A stretch of 64,000 nt of DNA, taken from contig JAMLIA010000007.1 in assembly GCA_023954495.1 (NCBI GenBank), positions 2,060-66,059 of the forward strand, written 5' to 3'. Within the stretch, counting starts at the first letter, position 1, and every line of letters begins with the position of its first letter. Made by a program: the position numbers and the translations under genes. Under the pieces are notes generated by a model. That model was not told the DNA's origin. It searched no databases and worked only from the letters and a program-made list of their open reading frames with translations. Source of the stretch: Thermomicrobiales bacterium (lineage in GTDB: Bacteria; Chloroflexota; Chloroflexia; Thermomicrobiales; CFX8). Shown piece by piece: positions 53,154 through 61,820 of this stretch.

Positions 53154-54641
53154 ATGCCCATTCGCCTCCGCATCGTTCTTGCAACCGCAATGCTCATCGC
53201 CGTTTCGCTGCTCATCCTCGGCGGCGGCGTCTATGTCACGATGTCCCGCCATCTGCACAGCAGCCTCGACGATCGGCTGAAGTCCGTCTATCGGAGCTAT
53301 CAGAGTAATCTTCAAGAGCAGCCGGACGCGTGGTACCTTCCAGGTACCCCCTACATTGTCATCCCCCCGGATCTCGACCCAAATACATTTGCATCATCCG
53401 GTCTGTATATTCAGATCCTTGATGTCAACGGCATCGTCCAAGACCGCTCCACCAACCTCGGAACGAATGTGATCCAGATTCAGGGCGATGCGTTCCAGCG
53501 CAATGTCCGCGGAGAAACCGTCCGCTACACACTCTCGACCGACAGCGGGCGCTTGCGAGTTCTGTCCGGCCCGCTGTACAACCCATCCCGCAACGAGACG
53601 TCAGTCATCCAGATTGCTGAGCCGCTCGCGCCGGTCGAGCGCACGCTCGGCGCACTGCAACAAACGCTGCTGATCGGCTCCGCACTGGCAATCCTGCTGC
53701 TCGCTGCCGGTGCCTGGGTCATCAGCGAAGGTGCGCTCAGTCCGCTCTCGCGCATGAGCCACACAGCTCGCGCGATCGGCAACACGCGTGACCTGTCGCA
53801 ACGGATCGATCCACCGAAGACGCACGACGAGCTGCAATTGCTGGCCGAGACGTTCAATGACATGCTGGCGCGTCTGGAAGAGACGTTCAACGCCCAGCGC
53901 CGATTCGTGGCTGATGCATCGCATGAACTCCGTACGCCACTGACGGCACTACGAGCCAACAGCGAGATCATGTTGCGGCAGATCGACAGCGGCATTCTCG
54001 ACAGCGACGATCTCCGCGAAGGCCTGACGGACGTGCGTGACGAGGTCGATCGCATGACGCGCCTCGTCCAGCACCTGCTCACCCTCGCTCGCGCCGATGT
54101 TGGCTGGCGTCCGGAGATGGAACCAGTCGATCTGATCGAAATCGTCCGAGACGCAGGACGATTCGCCACTCCGCTGGCGCACGGTCGCTCGTTCGAGATC
54201 TCGCTGCCGTATGCCGAGGACGGCAGCGAACCGCAGATCATCGTCGATGGCAACCCCGACCAGCTCCGGCAACTCATCCTCATCCTGCTGGATAACGCGT
54301 TCAACTACTCAACCGAGGATGGTGACGTGTCGCTGGCGCTGGATTGCGACGGCGACGAGGCAATCATCGCTGTAGCTGACTCGGGCCCTGGCATCAGTGA
54401 GGAACACCTGCAGCGCATCTTTGAACGCTTCTATCGCGCCGAAGCCGCACGATCTCGTGGATATGGCGGGGCGGGTCTTGGCTTGTCTATCGCGCGCTGG
54501 ATCGTCTCAATCCACCACGGCCAGATCGACGTCGAAAGCGAAATCGATGACGGCACCATCTTCCGCATTCGCCTGCCGCGAACAACCACGTCAGAACCTC
54601 CGATTGAAGTAGCGGCACTCCACGACCCGGTGCTGACCTGA
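53154..54641 (+). CDS. Sensor histidine kinase (HAMP-HisKA-HATPase)
   Basis: H-box FVADASHELRTPLTAL, N-box LLDNAFNYS, G-boxes DSGPGI and GGAGLGLSIA. Confidence 0.92.
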   Translation: MPIRLRIVLATAMLIAVSLLILGGGVYVTMSRHLHSSLDDRLKSVYRSYQSNLQEQPDAWYLPGTPYIVIPPDLDPNTFASSGLYIQILDVNGIVQDRSTNLGTNVIQIQGDAFQRNVRGETVRYTLSTDSGRLRVLSGPLYNPSRNETSVIQIAEPLAPVERTLGALQQTLLIGSALAILLLAAGAWVISEGALSPLSRMSHTARAIGNTRDLSQRIDPPKTHDELQLLAETFNDMLARLEETFNAQRRFVADASHELRTPLTALRANSEIMLRQIDSGILDSDDLREGLTDVRDEVDRMTRLVQHLLTLARADVGWRPEMEPVDLIEIVRDAGRFATPLAHGRSFEISLPYAEDGSEPQIIVDGNPDQLRQLILILLDNAFNYSTEDGDVSLALDCDGDEAIIAVADSGPGISEEHLQRIFERFYRAEAARSRGYGGAGLGLSIARWIVSIHHGQIDVESEIDDGTIFRIRLPRTTTSEPPIEVAALHDPVLT

Positions 54642-54835
54642 TCGGTCACGCTTCACACCGTCCGCAGTACTTTCGGGACGATATCCCGGTCAAACCAGGG
54701 ACACCTGCCCCTGTTTGTCGAAAGCCGTGCAACCTACGCTGCATACATCAGGCGTAGCTGCACCTGCATGGTGGTCCGAATCAAACGCCCGACGACGCCC
54801 GTGAGTCTCGACGTCGTCGAGAAAGGGGTAACCGC

Positions 54836-55222
54836 ATGTCATCCTCGATCCTCGCGTCCACAACCGCACGTCGGCCATCGACGGTGACCGCAGCGATTGT
54901 GCTGCTGGTTATTGCCGGAGTTGGTGGATTCCTTGCCTCACTGTTCGTCTACGATGACTTTGGGGCCGGGTTCCTCGTCGTCGCCGGAGTCATGGCAATC
55001 GTTCGCCTGATAGCAGCGACCGGCATGCTGAATCACCACCGCTGGGGGTACATCATCGGTGCCGTCATCACGGTTCTTGATGTGTTGTTGACGGTTCCGC
55101 TGTTCTTCGATGATCCGTCAACCAGCCTACAAGTCATTGGAGCGATCGCATTGGTGATCAATGCCGTGACACTTGTTCTGCTGGCCCTACCTGCCTCACG
55201 TCGCAACTTCGCCACAGCGTAA
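54836..55222 (+). CDS. Hypothetical four-helix membrane protein
   Basis: 128-aa ORF with four hydrophobic segments. GAAAGGGG lies upstream. Confidence 0.6.
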   Translation: MSSSILASTTARRPSTVTAAIVLLVIAGVGGFLASLFVYDDFGAGFLVVAGVMAIVRLIAATGMLNHHRWGYIIGAVITVLDVLLTVPLFFDDPSTSLQVIGAIALVINAVTLVLLALPASRRNFATA

Positions 55223-55234
55223 GGCGAGCAGAAC

Positions 55235-55274
55235 GAACAGCCGCCCAATGACTCACGTCATCGGGCGGCTGTTC
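55235..55274 (+). terminator. Stem-loop, possible terminator (no U-tract)
   Basis: Perfect 12-bp stem gaacagccgccc / gggcggctgttc with a 16-nt loop, 13 nt after the stop codon. Confidence 0.4.
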
Positions 55275-55333
55275 GCATCATCGTTCCTGCCGTGGGCTCT
55301 CCGCCGTAGAATGTTGTTGGCCAGCGGAAAAGT

Positions 55334-57469
55334 GTGCAAGCGATGACCGTCGTCGACCAGCCTCTGTCTCAGGCCCTCCACACGCAGCGCATCGACAGCC
55401 GCGCAGCGCTGCAACTCTCTGGTGTGCCGCTCCTGGCAGCACGCGGTATCTGCGTTGTTCTGGCTATCGCTGCGATCTGGTTAAGCGTTCTACGAAGTCT
55501 GACCTTGTTCCACGACAATCGCGGCAGTTGGCTGAACACGTTCTTCAACCACGTCCAGGTACAGCAGGCACTCGACGACAAACGCGTCTACGCTGCCCTC
55601 ACTGCCTTGGCGGTCCTGTTCGTCATGCGGCTCATCGTCCTGCTTCTGTGTGCGGCAATGATCGTGCGACGTTGTCGCGAACTGATCGCGTTTGTCGTAG
55701 CCGCGCTGCTGATCAGTGCCGCCGGAGCAGACTATCCACCCAACTACTTCGCAATGCTCGACACTCATCCCGCACACGCATACATCGGCCTCGCAATAGA
55801 CCTCTGCTTCATGTTCACACTCGTAACACTGTTCTACATTTTTCCAGATGGTCGCTTCGTCCCAGGCTGGACAACCGTGCCGAGTGCGTTATGGCTTGGT
55901 GTGCTCATCTGGACCTTCTTTATCACCAAATCGCTGGAAGGCACAAGCCCGCTTGTCGCTCTCGCTCCACCGATCATCCTGATTCCGACCGCAATCGGCG
56001 CCCAATCCCATCGCTATCGGCGGATGGCGAGCCTCGTTGAGAGGCAACAGATCAAGTGGTTTCTCGGGAGTCTGGGAATCTTTTTGTTCGTCTTCATTTC
56101 GGGGAACATGATGCTGGGCATCGTTGGGGGCTTTGATGCGGATGCGTCCAGCGCGACTGTCCAGCGCAGCTGGCTCCTGTTCGAAATCGTTGCGACCGCC
56201 GCGACTCTGTGTGTCCCGATCGGCGTTGTGATCGCCGTCCTGAGGTTCCGGTTGTTCACGATTGATGTCATTCTGAACCGGGCACTGATTTATGGTGGAC
56301 TGAGCGTCGCGATCGTTGGACTGTACGCTGGCATCGTCGGCTACCTTGGAACACTGTTTCGCAGTGGTGGCAATCTCGCCATATCTCTGGTCGCGACAAC
56401 AATCGTCGCGCTGGCCTTTCAACCAATTCGAAACCGACTACAGCTCGGCGCGAACCGCTTGTTGTACGGCAGGCGCGATGATCCCTACGCCGTTCTGGTT
56501 CAGCTTGGGCAGCGTCTTGGAGAAACGTTGGCCCCAGAAACGATCCTCCCAACGATTGCCGAAACGGTTCGCGAAGCACTGCGCCTGCCCTACGCTGCCG
56601 TTGCCCTGGATCGAGACGGGCAACTGGTCACGGTATCCTCCGCTGGGACGCCGGCTCCGATCGCGATGAACTTGCCACTTATGTATCAACACGAACGTGT
56701 CGGCGCGCTCCTGCTTGCTCCGCGTGTTGCCAGCACCGCATTTGATTCGACCGATCTTCGATTGCTGAACGATCTGGCTCACCAGTCCGGTGTGGCAGTG
56801 TATGCGGTTCGGCTGAATGCTGAGCTCCAGCGTGCTCGCGAGCGGCTTGTCACAACACGTGAAGAAGAGCGGCGGAGGCTCCGACGAGATCTGCACGACG
56901 GGTTGGGGCCGACGCTCGGAGGGCTAGCCCTGAAGCTCGACGTTGCGGAAACACTGATAGAACACGATCCGGTCAAGGCACAAGACCTGGTACGCAGCCT
57001 CCGAGAGCAAGTCCAAGAGGCAACGGTGGAAATTCGCCGCCTTGTGTATCTACTTCGCCCACCCGCAATCGACGATCTGGGGCTGATTGGAGCATTACGT
57101 ACAGAACTCGCGCGCTACGACGACGCGACGATGTCGATCGAGCTCATTGCGCCAACTGATCTTCCAGCGCTACCGGCAGCGGTTGAGGTCGCGGCATATC
57201 GCATCGTGCAGGAGGCCGTGACGAATGCGGTCCGTCATGCAGAAGCGACGCATTGTCACGTCCGGATTGGCGTAGACGAGGCAGCGCTGTATCTGATAAT
57301 CACTGACAACGGCTGCGGATTGTCAAACCCGGGGGGCCGGAATGGTGTCGGTCTTGTTTCGATGAACGAACGATCTGCCGAGCTGGGCGGCAGCATTGAC
57401 ATTTGTGCTGCGGAAGGCGGTGGGACATGCGTGAAGTCGCGCTTGCCTTTCGCTCAAGATCGAGCCTGA
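55334..57469 (+). CDS. Polytopic sensor histidine kinase (membrane domain-GAF-HisKA_3-HATPase)
   Basis: About 10 N-terminal hydrophobic segments and a GAF-like region. H-box RRRLRRDLHDGLGPTL. ATPase motifs NAVRHA and DNGCG. The start may be ATG 55343. Confidence 0.88.
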   Translation: MQAMTVVDQPLSQALHTQRIDSRAALQLSGVPLLAARGICVVLAIAAIWLSVLRSLTLFHDNRGSWLNTFFNHVQVQQALDDKRVYAALTALAVLFVMRLIVLLLCAAMIVRRCRELIAFVVAALLISAAGADYPPNYFAMLDTHPAHAYIGLAIDLCFMFTLVTLFYIFPDGRFVPGWTTVPSALWLGVLIWTFFITKSLEGTSPLVALAPPIILIPTAIGAQSHRYRRMASLVERQQIKWFLGSLGIFLFVFISGNMMLGIVGGFDADASSATVQRSWLLFEIVATAATLCVPIGVVIAVLRFRLFTIDVILNRALIYGGLSVAIVGLYAGIVGYLGTLFRSGGNLAISLVATTIVALAFQPIRNRLQLGANRLLYGRRDDPYAVLVQLGQRLGETLAPETILPTIAETVREALRLPYAAVALDRDGQLVTVSSAGTPAPIAMNLPLMYQHERVGALLLAPRVASTAFDSTDLRLLNDLAHQSGVAVYAVRLNAELQRARERLVTTREEERRRLRRDLHDGLGPTLGGLALKLDVAETLIEHDPVKAQDLVRSLREQVQEATVEIRRLVYLLRPPAIDDLGLIGALRTELARYDDATMSIELIAPTDLPALPAAVEVAAYRIVQEAVTNAVRHAEATHCHVRIGVDEAALYLIITDNGCGLSNPGGRNGVGLVSMNERSAELGGSIDICAAEGGGTCVKSRLPFAQDRA

Positions 57470-57509
57470 CGGACTCCAGACCTCTTGAATCTCTGCGAAG
57501 GCTGGCAGT

Positions 57510-58187
57510 ATGGACGATCCCATCCGAATCCTGATCGCTGACGACCATCCGATGTTTCGGGATGGTCTGCGTACGCTGCTGGACGCAACGCCCGACACGG
57601 AGATCGTTGGTGAAACGGCAACCGGGCTGGATGTCGTGGCGCTCGCTGTCTCGCTCGTCCCGGACGTGATTCTGATGGATCTGCAAATGCCGGGCATCAA
57701 CGGGATAGAAGCAACACGGCAAATCACGGCGACCGTCCCGCATACTCGCGTTCTCGTCGTCACCATGTTCGAGGACGATAACTCCGTGTTTGCGGCGATT
57801 CGCGCCGGTGCGCGAGGTTACTTGCTGAAAGGAGCGGGACGCGATGAGATGCTGAGGGCAATTCGTGCAGTTGCTGGAGGTGAAGCGATCTTCAGTTCGG
57901 CCATTGCGGAGCGCTTGCTCCAGCACTTTAGCACCAGCCGTGCGAGCAAGCCTGCAACAGCGACATTCCCCGAACTGACCGACCGTGAACGGCAAATCCT
58001 GACGCTGCTTGCTGAAGGAAAAACGAATACAGAGATCGCCAATGCGCTGTTTCTGACCAACAAGACCGTCCGCAATTACGTCTCGAATGTGATTGCCAAA
58101 ATGCAGGTAGCGGACCGAACGCAGGCGATTCTTCGTGCCCGCGACGCGGGGATCGGCATCAACACCAGTGATCGAAATGGTGCGTAG
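57510..58187 (+). CDS. NarL/LuxR-family response regulator
   Basis: Receiver domain (ILIADDHPMFR..., VILMDLQMPGING) and LuxR HTH (LTDRERQILTLLAEGKTNTEIANALFLTNKTVRNYVSNV). Confidence 0.92.
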   Translation: MDDPIRILIADDHPMFRDGLRTLLDATPDTEIVGETATGLDVVALAVSLVPDVILMDLQMPGINGIEATRQITATVPHTRVLVVTMFEDDNSVFAAIRAGARGYLLKGAGRDEMLRAIRAVAGGEAIFSSAIAERLLQHFSTSRASKPATATFPELTDRERQILTLLAEGKTNTEIANALFLTNKTVRNYVSNVIAKMQVADRTQAILRARDAGIGINTSDRNGA

Positions 58188-58208
58188 TATGTCACTGGCA
58201 CAATCTGA

Positions 58209-58838
58209 TCAGCCACTTCCGACCTCGTTCGCCTGCATGTTGAGATAACGTTCAATATCATCGCAAGCGGCCGCGATCAGGCGGGCGGCAGCGGCGCTGG
58301 TCGCGAGCGCCAGCGGATAGAACTCCTGGCGGCTGACATCCAGATAGCGTCGTGCCTTGGCCGGGTCACCTGCCCGGACCACCTGCCGAAGATTGTGGAT
58401 GCGATCTGCGAGCTTGAGCAGGCGGACATCCGCCGAAGCATCCCGAATCCGATCGAGGTAAGCACGGTCGCGCGCCGGCTTTTCAGAATCTGGAACTGGC
58501 GGCTTTGTGACAGCCTCGACCAGCTCGAATGAGCGTAGGCCGATGAGATCTGCAATAATCGACGGCTCAATTTCGGGGCTATCCTCAAGGACATCGTGCA
58601 TCAGTGCGGCGACGAGCATGTCGGCATCCCGACAGCCGAGCTCACTCCAGAGAATCGTGGCAACTGCAACCGGATGCTCGATGAACGGCGTGCCCTCGTC
58701 ACGCAACTGGCCGAGATGAGCCTGCGCCGCGAACTGGAAAGCGTAGGCGATGCGATCAGCATCGTCCGGTGCCTGCGTCGCGAGAATCATCGTCAGTGAC
58801 ATCGGCATTTGCGCCGGTTCGTACACGGTTCCCTCCAC
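58209..58838 (-). CDS. HD-domain protein, RelA/SpoT-type (p)ppGpp hydrolase-like
   Basis: AHLGQLRDEGTPFIEHPVAVA...ALMHDVLEDS. Confidence 0.8.
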   Translation of the reverse strand: MEGTVYEPAQMPMSLTMILATQAPDDADRIAYAFQFAAQAHLGQLRDEGTPFIEHPVAVATILWSELGCRDADMLVAALMHDVLEDSPEIEPSIIADLIGLRSFELVEAVTKPPVPDSEKPARDRAYLDRIRDASADVRLLKLADRIHNLRQVVRAGDPAKARRYLDVSRQEFYPLALATSAAAARLIAAACDDIERYLNMQANEVGSG

Positions 58839-58955
58839 GTTGAGATGCTATCAGGAAGAGCGGCGACGGTGCCTGTCTCGGCAACGGGCGAACGTATGCG
58901 TTACCCTACGTTCGCGCCAGACCACCGGCGTAGCGCTGTAGCGACGGAGGCGTGA

Positions 58956-59960
58956 TTGGCCCGAGCACGTCAGACACGAACAGGACACCGGCTGGTCGCG
59001 CGAATCGTCACGCTGCTGATTGTTGCGCTGGCCGTTTCAGCTTGCGTCAACGTCGAGTTCGGCTCGACGTTTGTCGCCGATGGCGGCGCAAGCCAGCGGA
59101 TGGCGATCGTCTTTCAGCGTGACCTGCTCGATCCGACCGAGCTGGCGAGACTTACCTCCGCCATCAACGACGCCGAGCAACGTATGGCCGACGATGGCTA
59201 CGAAGTGCAACGCGTCGATAGCGCCACACAACTGGGCCTCCGAGCCGCGCGAACCTCTGCGGTCTCATCGAATGTTGCGACAGAGCTGAACAGCCTGCTC
59301 AACTCGATGCTGAATCGTTCTGATTCCAGTCCGATAGCACCATTTCAAGGCACCTTCTCGCGATCCAATCCGGCCGTAGGTGGCAACAAGTATCACCTTG
59401 AGCTCACCTTCGACGGACCGACGTTCAAAGCGGCCATCGAGGACTTGCAGCCGCCCTCGCAACAATCGCAGTCCCCAACTGCGCTGACCGATGCGCTGAC
59501 CGTCACTTACACGGCAACGATGCCCGGGGATTTGCAGGACGCTACCGGCCAGACCGTCGCCGAAGGTACAGCGCGCTGGACACTCTCGCTCGACGAAACA
59601 ACCTCGATTACCGCCGACTCAACCGTGGGGAAGAACACGCCCTGGGCTCTGGCAGCGCTGGCGATCCTCATCGCGGTCGGCATCATCGTCGTCTCATCGG
59701 TGCTGATCACCGCTATCCTGGTGGTACGCCGTCAGGCGATCGAGCGGCATATTCCGACCGGACTGCGCATCGCACGCGATAATCCAGAGAGCGTTGATGC
59801 CATCGATCCACCAACCGAGTGGAAAGAGATCCGCGCGTCGATCCGACGCTCGGTGCGCATCGCGCTCAGCGGGCAGCGCACGTCGACAATCGCGCCGCCA
59901 GACCAGCCTGACGCGCCGGAACGAGAGGTTGAGCATGGCCCTGACACCGAAGGAAACTGA
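58956..59960 (+). CDS. Hypothetical lipoprotein with C-terminal TM anchor (LppM/DUF3153-like)
   Basis: Lipobox LAVSAC and a C-terminal helix PWALAALAILIAVGIIVVSSVLITAILVV. The 3' end overlaps ureA by 26 nt. Confidence 0.6.
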   Translation: MARARQTRTGHRLVARIVTLLIVALAVSACVNVEFGSTFVADGGASQRMAIVFQRDLLDPTELARLTSAINDAEQRMADDGYEVQRVDSATQLGLRAARTSAVSSNVATELNSLLNSMLNRSDSSPIAPFQGTFSRSNPAVGGNKYHLELTFDGPTFKAAIEDLQPPSQQSQSPTALTDALTVTYTATMPGDLQDATGQTVAEGTARWTLSLDETTSITADSTVGKNTPWALAALAILIAVGIIVVSSVLITAILVVRRQAIERHIPTGLRIARDNPESVDAIDPPTEWKEIRASIRRSVRIALSGQRTSTIAPPDQPDAPEREVEHGPDTEGN

Positions 59961-60249
59961 TCGACTACTGGTATTCACAGCCGCTGAGCTGGCCCGCAAG
60001 CATCGCGCTCGCGGCCTGCTGCTCAACTATCCCGAGGCTGTCGCGCTAGTTACCGACGAGATCTTCGACGCGGCGCGCGCCGGCATGGCATTCGACGCGG
60101 TCGTGGAACATGCACAGCAGGTGCTGCGCCGGTCCGACGTGATGGAGGGCGTGCCGGAAATGCTGGGAATCATTCAGGTCGACGCGATGTTCCCGGACGG
60201 CACGCGGCTGGTGACAGTCCTGAATCCGATTCGAAAGGACGAAGCATGA
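59935..60249 (+). CDS. ureA: Urease subunit gamma
   Basis: MALTPKETDRLLVFTAAELARKHRARGLLLNYPEAVALV...VMEGVPEM...FPDGTRLVTV. Confidence 0.93.
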   Translation: MALTPKETDRLLVFTAAELARKHRARGLLLNYPEAVALVTDEIFDAARAGMAFDAVVEHAQQVLRRSDVMEGVPEMLGIIQVDAMFPDGTRLVTVLNPIRKDEA

Positions 60250-60635
60250 TCCCCGGCGAGATCATCCGTCGCGACGAGCCGATCATCATCAACGCAGGTC
60301 TGCCAGTGACGACGCTCGACATCACCAATACCGGCAAGCTGCCGGTGCACATCACCGCGCACTTCCACGTCTTCGAGGCCAACCCCTGCCTGGCGTTCGA
60401 CCGTCTGGCTGCCTGGGGCATGCGGCTGGATGTGCCGTCAGACGGTGCGGTGCGGCTGGAGCCGGGGGCAACGGTCAGCGTGAACCTGGTGCCCATCGGC
60501 GGGGATCGCAACGTCTACGGCTTTCAGGGCGTCGTAAACGGGTCTCTCGACCAGAACGATCCCGCCGAAGCACTCGCGCGGCTCATCGAGCGCGGATTTC
60601 AGCACGTCCCGAAGGACACATCTGCCGACCTATGA
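60246..60635 (+). CDS. ureB: Urease subunit beta
   Basis: MIPGEII...ITNTGKLPVHITAHFHVFEANP...GMRLDVPSDGAVRLEPG. The start overlaps the ureA stop (ATGA). Confidence 0.92.
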   Translation: MIPGEIIRRDEPIIINAGLPVTTLDITNTGKLPVHITAHFHVFEANPCLAFDRLAAWGMRLDVPSDGAVRLEPGATVSVNLVPIGGDRNVYGFQGVVNGSLDQNDPAEALARLIERGFQHVPKDTSADL

Positions 60636-61736
60636 GAAGGCGTGCTGGACGTAGGGATTCTCGTTTGGCGGCCCAACGGCAACACGCATACGACCCTCGG
60701 ATGGCTCGGCAATCACCGAGGCGAAGGTGATGACATCGCTGCCCTGCTTGTCGTCGGGCATGCGGCAAATTGCGTCCGGATAGCAGGTGCGGTCACGCAT
60801 GACCGTCTCCATCTCGTCTGCATTCAGACTGCCGCGCCGCTCGCTCAGCAATGCCTGCATCTGCGTCATACGTGCCCGGGAGTTGCCGACGTATTCCTCA
60901 GACGAGCGCTCCTCTTCAAGCAGGTCGTCCGCGACATAGTGGTTCGCGTGCGCCAGAATGCCGTCGACCGGATCGAGCCGCGCGTCGCGCGAAGCAGTCG
61001 TCTCCAGATCGGCAGCGACGCCGCGACCGTCGAGCATGATGAGGTTGCGTGATGAGGCGCGGCGGACGCCGCGGACAGCCTCAATCGCTTCGTCAACCGT
61101 GTCGTGAGTCAGCGCGAGCCGCGACAGGAAGTAGCGAGGGAAGCCGCGTCGCCAGCCATCGCAGGTGACGAAGTTGGCGAAGACGCCGAGGCCACGATCG
61201 TTGATGCCGATGTAGGACACCTGGCCGGCCGGCATGAGCATCAGGACACGTGGCGCGTCGTCCGGCACGATCTCAGCGACAATCGCGATCTCGCCGTAGA
61301 ACGCGGGTAGGTCGGCGTTCTGCCCAACCATCCCGATGCCGTTGCTGGTCGCTTCGGGCTGGACAGCGAACGTAGTGCATTCTGCCGTGTCGTCAGGATC
61401 GACCGGCGTGGCAACTTCAGCGCGCAACTGCAGCAGATACGCCTCCGGCAGCGAGGCCGCGCCGCGGGCGACACCCTGGATCTCGTCATCGAAGAACGGT
61501 GCGTAGCGTTGCACCCACGGGCGATATGCCATCGCAAGATCGAGGGCTGTCTCGCGATCCAGCGACGAGCGCTGATCCAGCCGCGTCATCGCCTTATCGA
61601 GATGACGATGGATGTACTCGGAGCATGCCTCGCCAAATTGCTCGCCGATCTGCAGGTGGCTGCCGGAAAAGTGGAACTTCGGGAACGTTCGTCCCCCCAC
61701 CTGGGGAGCGCTCATGACATCGGTCGCGTTCATCAC
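60630..61736 (-). CDS. Peptidase C45 / acyl-CoA:6-aminopenicillanic-acid acyltransferase-like Ntn hydrolase
   Basis: The family landmarks follow the IAT/C45 fold. Candidate nucleophile Cys in TAECTTFAV. GQNADLP..., SYIGINDRGLGV, and NLIMLDGRG further downstream. Confidence 0.75.
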   Translation of the reverse strand: MMNATDVMSAPQVGGRTFPKFHFSGSHLQIGEQFGEACSEYIHRHLDKAMTRLDQRSSLDRETALDLAMAYRPWVQRYAPFFDDEIQGVARGAASLPEAYLLQLRAEVATPVDPDDTAECTTFAVQPEATSNGIGMVGQNADLPAFYGEIAIVAEIVPDDAPRVLMLMPAGQVSYIGINDRGLGVFANFVTCDGWRRGFPRYFLSRLALTHDTVDEAIEAVRGVRRASSRNLIMLDGRGVAADLETTASRDARLDPVDGILAHANHYVADDLLEEERSSEEYVGNSRARMTQMQALLSERRGSLNADEMETVMRDRTCYPDAICRMPDDKQGSDVITFASVIAEPSEGRMRVAVGPPNENPYVQHAFS

Positions 61737-61820
61737 CCATCCTCCTCACGCTCTGGTAGTCAGCGAGGACAGGGTATCATGCCTCCAGTCCGTCATCACG
61801 GTGCAGGGAGGGGAGCATCT

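Noticed and set aside
53525-54304. 259-aa minus-strand ORF inside the histidine kinase gene.
   Set aside because: It is an antisense shadow. The plus frame has the H, N and G boxes.
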